Shown: positions 1 through 8,000 of the stretch, piece after piece
How positions within the stretch are numbered: position 1 is the first letter of the stretch
Layout of the letters: every line of letters starts with the position of its first letter
Origin: Myxococcales bacterium
GTDB taxonomy: Bacteria; Myxococcota; Myxococcia; Myxococcales; Anaeromyxobacteraceae
Reading direction: 5' to 3'
Length of the DNA: 16,064 nt
NCBI GenBank assembly: GCA_038320275.1
Contig: JBBQEB010000083.1
Span: forward strand, 1-16,064
Notes under the pieces: generated by a model
The model's database searches: none
Seen by the model: only the letters and a program-made list of their open reading frames with translations
What the model was told of the DNA's origin: nothing
Position numbers and translations under genes: made by a program

Positions 1-1161
1 CACCTGCCGCAGCTTGGCCGGGCTCCCCTGAGCCTCCGCCTCGCCCACCACGCGGACCTCGACGCCGGCGAGCGGGCCCGCCTCGCCGAGCCGGGCCACC
101 ACCTCGTCGCAGGCAGCGCGCAGGTCCACCGGCTCCGCGCACGCCTCCTGGGGGCGGGAGAGATCGAGCAGCCCGTCCACGGTCTCCTTCGCCCGCAGCG
201 CCTCCTCCTCGATCACGCGCAGATCGTCGCGAAGCGGCGCGTCCGCGCGCCGGGCGAGGAGCTTCGCGTAGCCGAGGATGACGCCCAGCGGGTTGTTGAT
301 CTCGTGCGCGACGCCTGCCGCCAGCCGGCCGATCCCCGCCAGCTTCTCGCTCTTCACGAGCGCGTCCTGGTGGGCGGCGAGCTGGCCCGTCATGACGTTG
401 AACTGAGCGGCGAGGGCGCCCAGCTCTCCCGACGAGTCCACCTGGATGCGGGTGGAGAGGTCGCCCGCGCCGAGCCGCGCCGCGCCTTCGCGCAGCCGGG
501 CCAGCGGGCGCGCGATGGAGCGGCCGATGGAGAAGGTGACCGCCGCCGCGAGCAGAGGAGCGCCCACCAGCAGCGCCACGAGGATGCGGTAGGTGCGCCG
601 CTCCACCGCCGTCGCCTCCGCGCGGGCGGCGGCGATGCTCGCCTCGAAGCGCGCCACCAGCTCCTCGGCCCGATCCTGGATGCGCGTCACCACGAGCTGC
701 GCCCGCGCGTGCTCAGCCTGGACGAAAGGCCGGTCGCCCCGGACCACCGCCGGAACGATGGAGCCGCGGAAGATGGCGTCGAGCTCCGCGCTGGCGGCCT
801 CGATGTCCGCCACCCAGGCGCGCTCCTCCTCGCCCTTCACCCGCGCCCGCAGCGCGCGGGTGAGCAGGAGCACGTGCCGCTCGGCGGCGGTGTAGAAGCC
901 GAGGTGGCTCTCGTTGGCGATGATGATGGTGTGCGCCTGGTGCGCGTACTGGTCGCGCACCGCGCTCGCGAGCTCGAGGGCGAGCCGGACGCTCTCCTCC
1001 TCGCGGGTCATCCGCTCGATGACGGCGTGGATCCTTCCCAGCCCGGCGATGGCGAGGAGCGACGCCAGGGCGAAGGTGACCACCAGCGCCCCGAAGCCCA
1101 GCAGGAGCTTGCGGGTGGTGGTCAGGGTGGACCGTCGCAGCGCAGCGGGAGACGTGACCAT
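1..1161 (-). CDS. Membrane sensor histidine kinase (TM-sensor-TM-HAMP-HisKA, NtrB type), probably copper-sensing and CorS-like; 3' end lies outside the window
   Basis: Manual translation from ATG at 1161 (in-frame GTG at 1170): MVTSPAALRRSTLTTTRKLLLGFGALVVTFALASLLAIAGL (TM1), RDQYAHQAHTIIIANESHLGFY (sensor), ILVALLVGAPLLAAAVTFSIG (TM2), SIARPLARLREGAARLGAGDLSTRIQVDSSGELGALAAQFNVM (HAMP), H-box SEKLAGIGRLAAGVAHEINNPLGVILGY, and ends at KLRQV just before the N-box. Not in the ORF track because it runs off the edge. Confidence 0.93.
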   Translation of the reverse strand, partial: MVTSPAALRRSTLTTTRKLLLGFGALVVTFALASLLAIAGLGRIHAVIERMTREEESVRLALELASAVRDQYAHQAHTIIIANESHLGFYTAAERHVLLLTRALRARVKGEEERAWVADIEAASAELDAIFRGSIVPAVVRGDRPFVQAEHARAQLVVTRIQDRAEELVARFEASIAAARAEATAVERRTYRILVALLVGAPLLAAAVTFSIGRSIARPLARLREGAARLGAGDLSTRIQVDSSGELGALAAQFNVMTGQLAAHQDALVKSEKLAGIGRLAAGVAHEINNPLGVILGYAKLLARRADAPLRDDLRVIEEEALRAKETVDGLLDLSRPQEACAEPVDLRAACDEVVARLGEAGPLAGVEVRVVGEAEAQGSPAKLRQV

Positions 1162-1190
1162 CGCGGTCACACTGTAATGGCCTCCGTGAC
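1154..1190. promoter_or_regulatory. Putative tandem upstream activator sites for a sigma54 enhancer-binding protein
   Basis: Palindrome GTGACC-N5-GGTCAC (1154-1170) and a degenerate partner GTAAT-N7-GTGAC (1174-1190), 20 bp apart and centred about 73 bp upstream of the -24 GG at 1245. Confidence 0.45.
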
Positions 1191-1243
1191 GCAACGCCCG
1201 CCCTCCAGACCTCAAACGTCGCGTGATTCCCGATGGATAGGAG

Positions 1244-1259
1244 TGGCACGCCCGCTGCT
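1244..1259 (+). promoter_or_regulatory. sigma54 (RpoN) -24/-12 promoter of the cupredoxin-cusCBA-copA operon
   Basis: TGGCACG-CCCG-CTGCT versus consensus TGGCACG-N4-TTGCW; GG(1245-46)-N10-GC(1257-58); followed by AGGAG at 1283-1287 and ATG at 1293. Confidence 0.8.
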
Positions 1260-1292
1260 TACCGATGGTGTAACCCCTTTTCAGGAGCGCCC

Positions 1293-1631
1293 ATGTTTCG
1301 ATCCATCGCAATCGCCCTCCCCGTCCTGTTCGCCCTCGCCGGGCCAGCCGCAGGCTCCGGCGCGGCTCCTCGCACCGTCACGATCGAGGTCACCAAGGAC
1401 GGCTTCGTCCCGGCGGTGGTGAAGGTGAAGGCGGGACAGCCGGTGAAGCTCGTCATCACGCGCAAGACCGAGGTGACCTGCGCGACCGACATCGTGATGA
1501 AGGACTTCGGGGTGAACCAGCCCCTGCCGATGGGCAAGGCGGTGACCGTGACGGTCACGCCGAAGAAGAAGGGCTCGTACCGCTACGCCTGCGGCATGGA
1601 CATGATCGCGGGCGTCCTCGAGGCGCAGTGA
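1293..1631 (+). CDS. Exported cupredoxin-domain protein, CupA-like copper chaperone (112 aa)
   Basis: ATG at 1293 after AGGAG; signal peptide MFRSIAIALPVLFALAGPAAG; cupredoxin pattern GFVPAVVKVKAGQPVKL...TCATDIV...GSYRYACGMDMIAGVL; stop overlaps the next start (GTGA). Confidence 0.88.
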   Translation: MFRSIAIALPVLFALAGPAAGSGAAPRTVTIEVTKDGFVPAVVKVKAGQPVKLVITRKTEVTCATDIVMKDFGVNQPLPMGKAVTVTVTPKKKGSYRYACGMDMIAGVLEAQ

Positions 1632-3154
1632 AGCTCCGATCCCTTGCGGTCGCGCTCGCCGCGGCGGTGCTCGCCGCGCTTCCTGCGGTCGGGCGGGGCT
1701 CGCCGGTCCGTGCACCGGTCAGCGCGCCACCCGCCGCTCCCAGCGCCGCAGGGGCCGCGCCATCCGCAGGGGTCTCGCCCGTCGCCGCGGCTGCGGCGGG
1801 CGGCAGCGTCGCGGAGGACCCGCTCCTCGACGGACTGGTGCGGGAAGCGCTGGAGCGCCGGCCGGAGTGGGCGCAGGCCCGAGCGCTCCTCGTGGCGCAG
1901 CGAGAGCGCGTGCCCCAGGCCGGGGCGCTCCCCGATCCCACGCTGACGCTCGGGATCCAGAACGATGGCTTTCGCGAGATCCAGATCGGAAAGATGGGGA
2001 CGAGCTACTGGCAGGTGATGCTCACCCAGCCACTCCCCTGGCCCGGCAAGCGTGGCCTGCGCACCGAGGTCTCCTCGGGCGAGGCTGCCGTGGCCGAGGC
2101 CTCGCTGGAGCGGGTGCGGCTCGGCGTCGAGGCCGACGTACGGCGCGCCTACCTCGAGCTCTTGCTCACGCGCGACCAGCTCGTGCTGCTCGCGCGGCTG
2201 GAGGAGCTGTGGGCCGAGTCGGAGGGCATCGCCAAGATCAGGTATGGGGTCGGCGGGGCCCCGCAATCCGACCTGCTCCGCGCGCAGCTCGAGCGCACCC
2301 GGCTGCAGGGGCAGCGCTGGTCGCTGGAGCTCGCGGAGCAGATGCGCCTCCAGGAGCTGAACCGGCTCCGGGGGAGGCCGGTCGACGAGCCGCTCGCGAC
2401 CTCTCGCCATCTCGCCGGTGCGGCGCTGCCGGCGCTTCCCACGGTCTCCGAGGCGGAGGCCGATGCCGAGGCCCGCAGCCCGGAGCTGCGCGCAGCGGCG
2501 CTGTCGACGAAGGCGGCGGCGTCGAGGGCGGCCCTGTCCCGCCGCGACCGCTATCCCGACCTGTCCGTGACGGCGGCGGTGATGCCGCGCGGCGGGCTCG
2601 AGCCCATGTGGCAGCTCGCCGTCGGGATCGGGCTCCCCGTCTGGTCCGGTCGAAAGCAGGCGCGCGCCGTCGCGGAGAGCGAGGCCCGGCAGGGCGCGGA
2701 GGAGCGAGGCGAGGAGGGCGTCCGGCAGGTGCTGCGGATGCGCACGCACCAGCGCCTGACCCAGCTCGAGACGGCGCTGCGGGTGGTGGAGCTCTACCGG
2801 GGAGGCCTCCTCGTGCAGTCGAGCGCCGCGGTGGAGAGCACGTTCGCGAGCTACCGGGTCGGTCGGGTGACGTTCGGCGCGGTGCTGGAGGCGCTCGGCG
2901 GCTACGTCGCCGACGAGGGCGGGTCGCTCGAGGCGCTGGCGCAAGCCCAGCGCGTCGCCATCGCGCAGCGCGAGCTCTCGCTCGAGGCTGCCCCGGGCGG
3001 CGGGGGAGGCCTCGTGGCTGCCAGGCCTGGTGCAGGGAGCAGCGCCGGCAGCGGAGCCGCTGGGATGGGCTCGGGCCTGGGCAAGGCCCAGGCGGCAAGC
3101 TCACCCGCGTCCGGCTCGGCCTCGGGCGGCGCGGGCGGAAGCTCCGGAATGTAG
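1628..3154 (+). CDS. cusC: TolC-family outer-membrane efflux channel (CusC-like)
   Basis: Signal peptide; OEP patterns LVREALERRPE, ALPDPTLTLG, QPLPWPGKRGLR, VRRAYLEL, QSDLLRAQLE, YPDLSV, SYRVGRVTFGAVLEA; first gene of a C-B-A cluster. Confidence 0.9.
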   Translation: MKLRSLAVALAAAVLAALPAVGRGSPVRAPVSAPPAAPSAAGAAPSAGVSPVAAAAAGGSVAEDPLLDGLVREALERRPEWAQARALLVAQRERVPQAGALPDPTLTLGIQNDGFREIQIGKMGTSYWQVMLTQPLPWPGKRGLRTEVSSGEAAVAEASLERVRLGVEADVRRAYLELLLTRDQLVLLARLEELWAESEGIAKIRYGVGGAPQSDLLRAQLERTRLQGQRWSLELAEQMRLQELNRLRGRPVDEPLATSRHLAGAALPALPTVSEAEADAEARSPELRAAALSTKAAASRAALSRRDRYPDLSVTAAVMPRGGLEPMWQLAVGIGLPVWSGRKQARAVAESEARQGAEERGEEGVRQVLRMRTHQRLTQLETALRVVELYRGGLLVQSSAAVESTFASYRVGRVTFGAVLEALGGYVADEGGSLEALAQAQRVAIAQRELSLEAAPGGGGGLVAARPGAGSSAGSGAAGMGSGLGKAQAASSPASGSASGGAGGSSGM

Positions 3155-3173
3155 GTGGAATGTGAAAGAGACC

Positions 3174-4667
3174 ATGAACGACGCGACTCCTTCGGCACCG
3201 GTCACCTCTCCGCGGCGCCGCTTCGGCCCCCTGGCAGTCCTCCTCGCGCTGGCCGTGGGCCTCGGGGGCGGCGGGCTCGGCGCGTGGTCCCTCGCGCGCC
3301 ACCGCGCCGCGCCCGGCGATGGCCACGACCACGACCACGCGCAGGGCGGCGACGCGAAGGCGACCGCCGAGGCGAAGACCACCTACGTCTGCCCGATGCA
3401 CCCCACCATCACCTCTGACCACCCGGGCGACTGCCCGATCTGCGGCATGAAGCTCGTGCCGATGAAGCCGGCCGTCTCGGCGACCACCGGCGCCGCGGGA
3501 GGAGGGGCGACGAAGAGCGGCGAGCGGAAGCTGAAGTTCTACCGCTCGCCCATGGACCCGAAGCAGACCTCCCCCACGCCGCGCAAGGACGAGATGGGGA
3601 TGGATTACCTGCCCGTGTACGAGGACGAGGTCGGCGGGGCGACGCCGGTGCAGGGCCTCGCAGCGGTCACCATCGACCCGTCGCGCCAGCAGCTCATCGG
3701 GCTCCGCACCGCGGAGGTGACGCGCGGGCCGGTGTCGGCGAGCTGGCGCACGGTGGGGAAGGTCGCGGTGGACGAGACGCGCGTGCACCACGTCAGCGTG
3801 CGCGTCTCCGGTTTCATCGAGACGGTGTACGCGGACTACATCGGAAAGTTCGTCAAGGTCGGCGACCCGCTGTTCTCCATCTACAGCCCGGACCTCTTCT
3901 CTGTGCAGCAGGAGTACCTCCTCGCCTTGAAGACCCAGCGCGCGCTCGCCGCCAGCGGCGGCGGGGTGGCCGGCGCGGGCGAAGATCTCGTCTCGTCGGC
4001 GCGCGAGCGGCTCCGGCTCTGGGAGGTGCCGGAAGGGGAGATCCGCCGGCTGGAGCGGACGGGCAAGGCGTCGAGGACGCTCACCTTCCGGTCCCCCATG
4101 AGCGGCGTCGTGACGAAGAAGGATGCAGTGATGGGCCACCGCATCACGGAGGGTGACATGCCCTTCGAGATCACCGACCTCTCCTCGGTATGGGTCCTCG
4201 CCGACGCCTACGAGAGCGACCTCGCGCGCATCAAGCTCGGGATGACGGCCTCGCTCGCCCTCCAGGCGCTCCCCGAGCACAAGTTCCAGGGCAAGGTCGT
4301 CTTCATCGACCCGCTGCTCGATCCCAAGACCCGCACGGCCAAGGTGCGCCTCGCCTTCGCCAATCGCTCCGGCGAGCTCCGCCCCGAGATGTTCGGCGAG
4401 GTGACGCTGCGAGGGAAGGCGCGCGAGGGCCTGCGCGTGCCCACCGACGCGGTGATCGACTCCGGCAGGGCGAAGGTGGTCTTCGTGGCGCTGGGGGACG
4501 GCAAGTTCGAGCCTCGCGAGGTCCGTATCGGCACCGTCTCCGCCGACCAGTCCGAGGTCCTGTCCGGAGTCGAGGCGGGCGAGCAGGTGGTGACCCGGGC
4601 CAACTTCCTCATCGACTCGGAGTCGCGCCTGCGCGCGTCGCTGGCTGCCCTGGGAGGCGGCAAGTGA
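3174..4667 (+). CDS. cusB: RND periplasmic adaptor subunit (CusB-like) with N-terminal metal-binding domains
   Basis: ATG at 3174 (alternative GTG at 3162); TM anchor, HDHDH, YVCPMHP..PGDCPICGMKL, FYRSPMDP..RKDEMGMDYLPVY, then MFP motifs VKVGDPLFSIYSPDL, ITDLSSVWV, DPKTRTAKVR, LRPEMF, ANFLIDSESRL. Confidence 0.93.
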   Translation: MNDATPSAPVTSPRRRFGPLAVLLALAVGLGGGGLGAWSLARHRAAPGDGHDHDHAQGGDAKATAEAKTTYVCPMHPTITSDHPGDCPICGMKLVPMKPAVSATTGAAGGGATKSGERKLKFYRSPMDPKQTSPTPRKDEMGMDYLPVYEDEVGGATPVQGLAAVTIDPSRQQLIGLRTAEVTRGPVSASWRTVGKVAVDETRVHHVSVRVSGFIETVYADYIGKFVKVGDPLFSIYSPDLFSVQQEYLLALKTQRALAASGGGVAGAGEDLVSSARERLRLWEVPEGEIRRLERTGKASRTLTFRSPMSGVVTKKDAVMGHRITEGDMPFEITDLSSVWVLADAYESDLARIKLGMTASLALQALPEHKFQGKVVFIDPLLDPKTRTAKVRLAFANRSGELRPEMFGEVTLRGKAREGLRVPTDAVIDSGRAKVVFVALGDGKFEPREVRIGTVSADQSEVLSGVEAGEQVVTRANFLIDSESRLRASLAALGGGK

Positions 4668-7600
4668 TCAAGGCCATCATCCGCTTCTCGGCCCACAACA
4701 AGTACCTCGTCATCGCCGCCGTGATGGTGGTCCTCGGGATCTCCTTCTGGACCATGAAGAACATCCCCCTCGACGCCCTGCCCGACCTCTCGGACACGCA
4801 GGTCATCGTCTACTCGAAGTGGGACCGGAGCCCCGACATCGTCGAGGACCAGGTGACCTATCCCATCACCACGGCGCTCCTCGGCGCGCCCCGGGTGAAG
4901 GCGATCCGGGGCTTCAGCGATTTCGGGTTCAGCTACGTCTACGTGATCTTCGAGGACGGCACCGATCCGTACTGGGCGCGGACGCGCGTCCTCGAGTACC
5001 TCTCCAAGATCACCGCCCAGCTCCCGCAGGGCGTGAAGACCGAGCTCGGCCCCGACGCGACGAGCGTGGGGTGGGTCTTCCAGTATGCGCTGGTGGACAA
5101 GACCGGCGCGCACGCCTCGGACGAGCTGCGCTCGTTCCAGGACTGGTTCCTGCGCTACGCCATCCAGGCGGTGCCCGGCGTCTCCGAGGTCGCCACGGTG
5201 GGTGGGCAGGTGCGCCAGTACCAGATCACCGTCAGTCCGACCGCGCTCGCCTCCTACAAGCTGCCGCTCGACGCGGTCATCCAGGCGGTGCGGCGCGGGA
5301 ACGCCGACGTGGGCGGGCGCCTCGTCGAGCTGTCCGGCCGCGAGTACATGGTGCGCGGTCGCGGCTACGTGAAGTCGCTCGCCGACCTGGAGCAGCTCGT
5401 CCTCAAGACCGAGGGCGGCACGCCCATCACCGTGAAGGACGTGGCGCAGGTGACGCTGGGTCCGGAGATGCGGCGCGGCGTCGCCGACCTCGACGGGAAG
5501 GGCGACGTGGTGGGCGGCATCGTCGTCATGCGCCAGGGCGAGAACGCCCTCAACGTCATCGAGCGCGTGAAGGCGAAGCTCGAGGAGCTGAAGCCCTCCT
5601 TGCCCAAGGGCGTCGAGGTGGTGACGACCTACGACCGCTCCGAGCTCATCGACCGGGCCATCGACACCGTGAAGCACAAGCTCATCGAGGAGATGATCAT
5701 CGTCTCGATCATCATCCTCATCTTCCTGTGGCACGTGCCGTCCGCCATCGTCCCCATCGTCACCATCCCGGTGTCGGTCGCCATGGCGTTCATCCCCATG
5801 TACCTCCTGGGCCTCAACGCCAATCTGATGTCGCTGGCCGGCATTGCCATCTCCATCGGCGTGCTGGTCGATGGCGCGATCGTGGAGGTGGAGAACGCCT
5901 ACAACAAGATCCACCACTGGCAGGCCGCCGGCTCGAAGGGCGACTTCCACCAGGTGCGCCTCGACGCGCTGCTGGAGGTGGGGCCCAGCGTCTTCTTCTC
6001 GCTCCTCGTGATCGCGGTCGCCTTCATGCCGGTGTTCACGCTGGTGGACCAGGAGGGCCGCCTCTTCCGGCCGCTCGCCTACTCGAAGAACCTCGCCATG
6101 GCCATCGCCGCGATCCTCGCGGTCACGCTCGATCCGGCCATGCGCATGCTCTTCGCGCGGGTGAAGCCGTTCCGGTTCAGGCCGAAGGCGCTCGCCTGGC
6201 TGGCCACGCAGGCGCTCGTCGGGAAGTACTACTCCGAGGAGCGCCACCCCATCAGCCGGTTCCTCCACCGCATCTACGAGCGACCCTGCCGCTTCGTGCT
6301 GCGCCACGCGCGAGCGACCATCGTGGCCAGCGTCGCGGTGGTAGCGCTCACCGTGCCGATCTACCTGAAGCTCGGCTCGGAGTTCATGCCGCCGCTCAAC
6401 GAGGGCACCATCCTCTACATGCCCTCGGCGGTGCAGCCGGGCATGTCGGTGGCGGAGGCCCAGTCGGCCCTCCAGCTCCAGGACAAGATCCTGCGCACTT
6501 TCCCGGAGGTGGCGCGCGTGTTCGGCAAGGCGGGGCGCGCCAACACCAGCACCGACCCCGCGCCGTTCTCGATGATGGAGACCACGGTGGTCCTGAAGCC
6601 CGAGGCGCAGTGGCGGGAGAAGCCGCGCTGGTACTCGTCCTTCGCGCCCGGCTGGCTGAAGCCCGTGCTGCGGCCGTTCTGGGGCGACCGCATCAGCGAG
6701 GACGACCTGCAGAACGAGATGGACGCTGCGCTGCAGCTCCCCGGCATCTCGAACGCCTGGACCATGCCCATCAAAGGGCGCCTCGACATGCTCTCCACCG
6801 GCATCCGCACGCCCATCGGGATCAAGATCGCCGGGGCCAAGCTGGAGGAGATCGAGCGGGTGGCGCTGGAGACCGAGGCGGCGATCCAGAAGATGCCGGA
6901 GACCCGCAGCGCCTACGCCGAGCGCGTGGCCGGCGGCTACTTCGTCGATTTCGTGCTGAAGCGCGAGCAGCTCGCCCGCTACGGCCTCACCATCGACGAC
7001 GCGAACACCATGGTGATGACCGCGGTGGGAGGGGACGAGCAGGGCGTCACGGTGGAGGGGCGCGAGCGCTACGGCATCAACGTCCGCTACGCGCGGGACT
7101 TCCGCGACGATCTCCCGGCGCTGAAGCGGGTGCTGCTCCCGCTCCCAGGCGGCGGGCAGATCCCGATGGAGGAGATCGCCGACGTGAAGCTCGTGCAGGG
7201 CCCGTCGATGATCCGCAACGAGAACGGGCTCCTCGCCGGCTACGTGTACGTCGACTTCGACACCTCGAAGATCGACGTCGGCACGTTCGTCGAGCGCGCC
7301 AAGGCGGCCGTGGCAGCGTCGGTGAAGGCGCCGACCGGCTACTCCATGACCTGGAGCGGCCAGTACGAGAACATGCTGCGCGTCCGCGAGCGACTGAAGG
7401 TCATCCTGCCCATCACGCTCGTGCTCATCTTCGGGCTGCTCTACATGAACACGAAGTCCTCGGCGAAGGCGGGCATCGTGATGATGGCCGTTCCGTTCTC
7501 CGCCGTGGGCGCCGTGTGGCTCATGTGGGGGCTCGGCTATCACGTCTCCATCGCGGCCTGGGTCGGCATGATCGCGCTCATGGGGCTCGACGCCGAGACG

Positions 7601-7996
7601 GGCGTGTTCATGCTGCTCTTCCTCGACCTGGCCCACGACGAGGCCCGGGGGAAGGGCCTCCTGCGGACCACCGGGGATCTCCGCGAGGCGATCATCCACG
7701 GAGCGGTGAAGCGCGTCCGCCCCAAGGCCATGACGGTGTTCGCCGCCTTCTCGGGCCTCCTCCCCATCATGTGGTCGACCGGTACGGGCGCCGACGTGAT
7801 GAAGCGCATCGCGGCGCCCATGGTGGGCGGGCTCGTGACGTCGTTCGCGCTCGAGCTGTTGGTCTATCCGGCCGTCTACTTCCTGTGGAAGAAGCGGGGG
7901 CTCGAGGACGGCCCTGCGAGCGCGCAGCCGGCCGCGGTCGAGGCGCAGGTGGGACCGGGCACCCTCGCCCTGCCGGCGCAAACGGCTGGAGGCTGA
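4664..7996 (+). CDS. cusA: CusA/CzcA-family heavy-metal RND permease, Cu(I)/Ag(I) type (1110 aa)
   Basis: True start is GTG at 4664, overlapping the cusB stop; motifs [59 protein letters not shown]; equivalents of the CusA three-Met site in ILYMPS, PFSMMET and RLDMLSTG. Confidence 0.96.
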   Translation: MIKAIIRFSAHNKYLVIAAVMVVLGISFWTMKNIPLDALPDLSDTQVIVYSKWDRSPDIVEDQVTYPITTALLGAPRVKAIRGFSDFGFSYVYVIFEDGTDPYWARTRVLEYLSKITAQLPQGVKTELGPDATSVGWVFQYALVDKTGAHASDELRSFQDWFLRYAIQAVPGVSEVATVGGQVRQYQITVSPTALASYKLPLDAVIQAVRRGNADVGGRLVELSGREYMVRGRGYVKSLADLEQLVLKTEGGTPITVKDVAQVTLGPEMRRGVADLDGKGDVVGGIVVMRQGENALNVIERVKAKLEELKPSLPKGVEVVTTYDRSELIDRAIDTVKHKLIEEMIIVSIIILIFLWHVPSAIVPIVTIPVSVAMAFIPMYLLGLNANLMSLAGIAISIGVLVDGAIVEVENAYNKIHHWQAAGSKGDFHQVRLDALLEVGPSVFFSLLVIAVAFMPVFTLVDQEGRLFRPLAYSKNLAMAIAAILAVTLDPAMRMLFARVKPFRFRPKALAWLATQALVGKYYSEERHPISRFLHRIYERPCRFVLRHARATIVASVAVVALTVPIYLKLGSEFMPPLNEGTILYMPSAVQPGMSVAEAQSALQLQDKILRTFPEVARVFGKAGRANTSTDPAPFSMMETTVVLKPEAQWREKPRWYSSFAPGWLKPVLRPFWGDRISEDDLQNEMDAALQLPGISNAWTMPIKGRLDMLSTGIRTPIGIKIAGAKLEEIERVALETEAAIQKMPETRSAYAERVAGGYFVDFVLKREQLARYGLTIDDANTMVMTAVGGDEQGVTVEGRERYGINVRYARDFRDDLPALKRVLLPLPGGGQIPMEEIADVKLVQGPSMIRNENGLLAGYVYVDFDTSKIDVGTFVERAKAAVAASVKAPTGYSMTWSGQYENMLRVRERLKVILPITLVLIFGLLYMNTKSSAKAGIVMMAVPFSAVGAVWLMWGLGYHVSIAAWVGMIALMGLDAETGVFMLLFLDLAHDEARGKGLLRTTGDLREAIIHGAVKRVRPKAMTVFAAFSGLLPIMWSTGTGADVMKRIAAPMVGGLVTSFALELLVYPAVYFLWKKRGLEDGPASAQPAAVEAQVGPGTLALPAQTAGG

Positions 7997-8000
7997 CGAC

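Noticed and set aside
304..1422. 372-aa plus-strand ORF and 713..1249 minus-strand ORF
   Set aside because: Shadow frames of the histidine kinase; no recognisable motifs.
4190..4663. N-terminal 158 aa of the 1268-aa ORF
   Set aside because: Overlaps cusB out of frame; CusA homology begins at GTG 4664. The extensions from 3030, 1233 and 14319 are rejected likewise.
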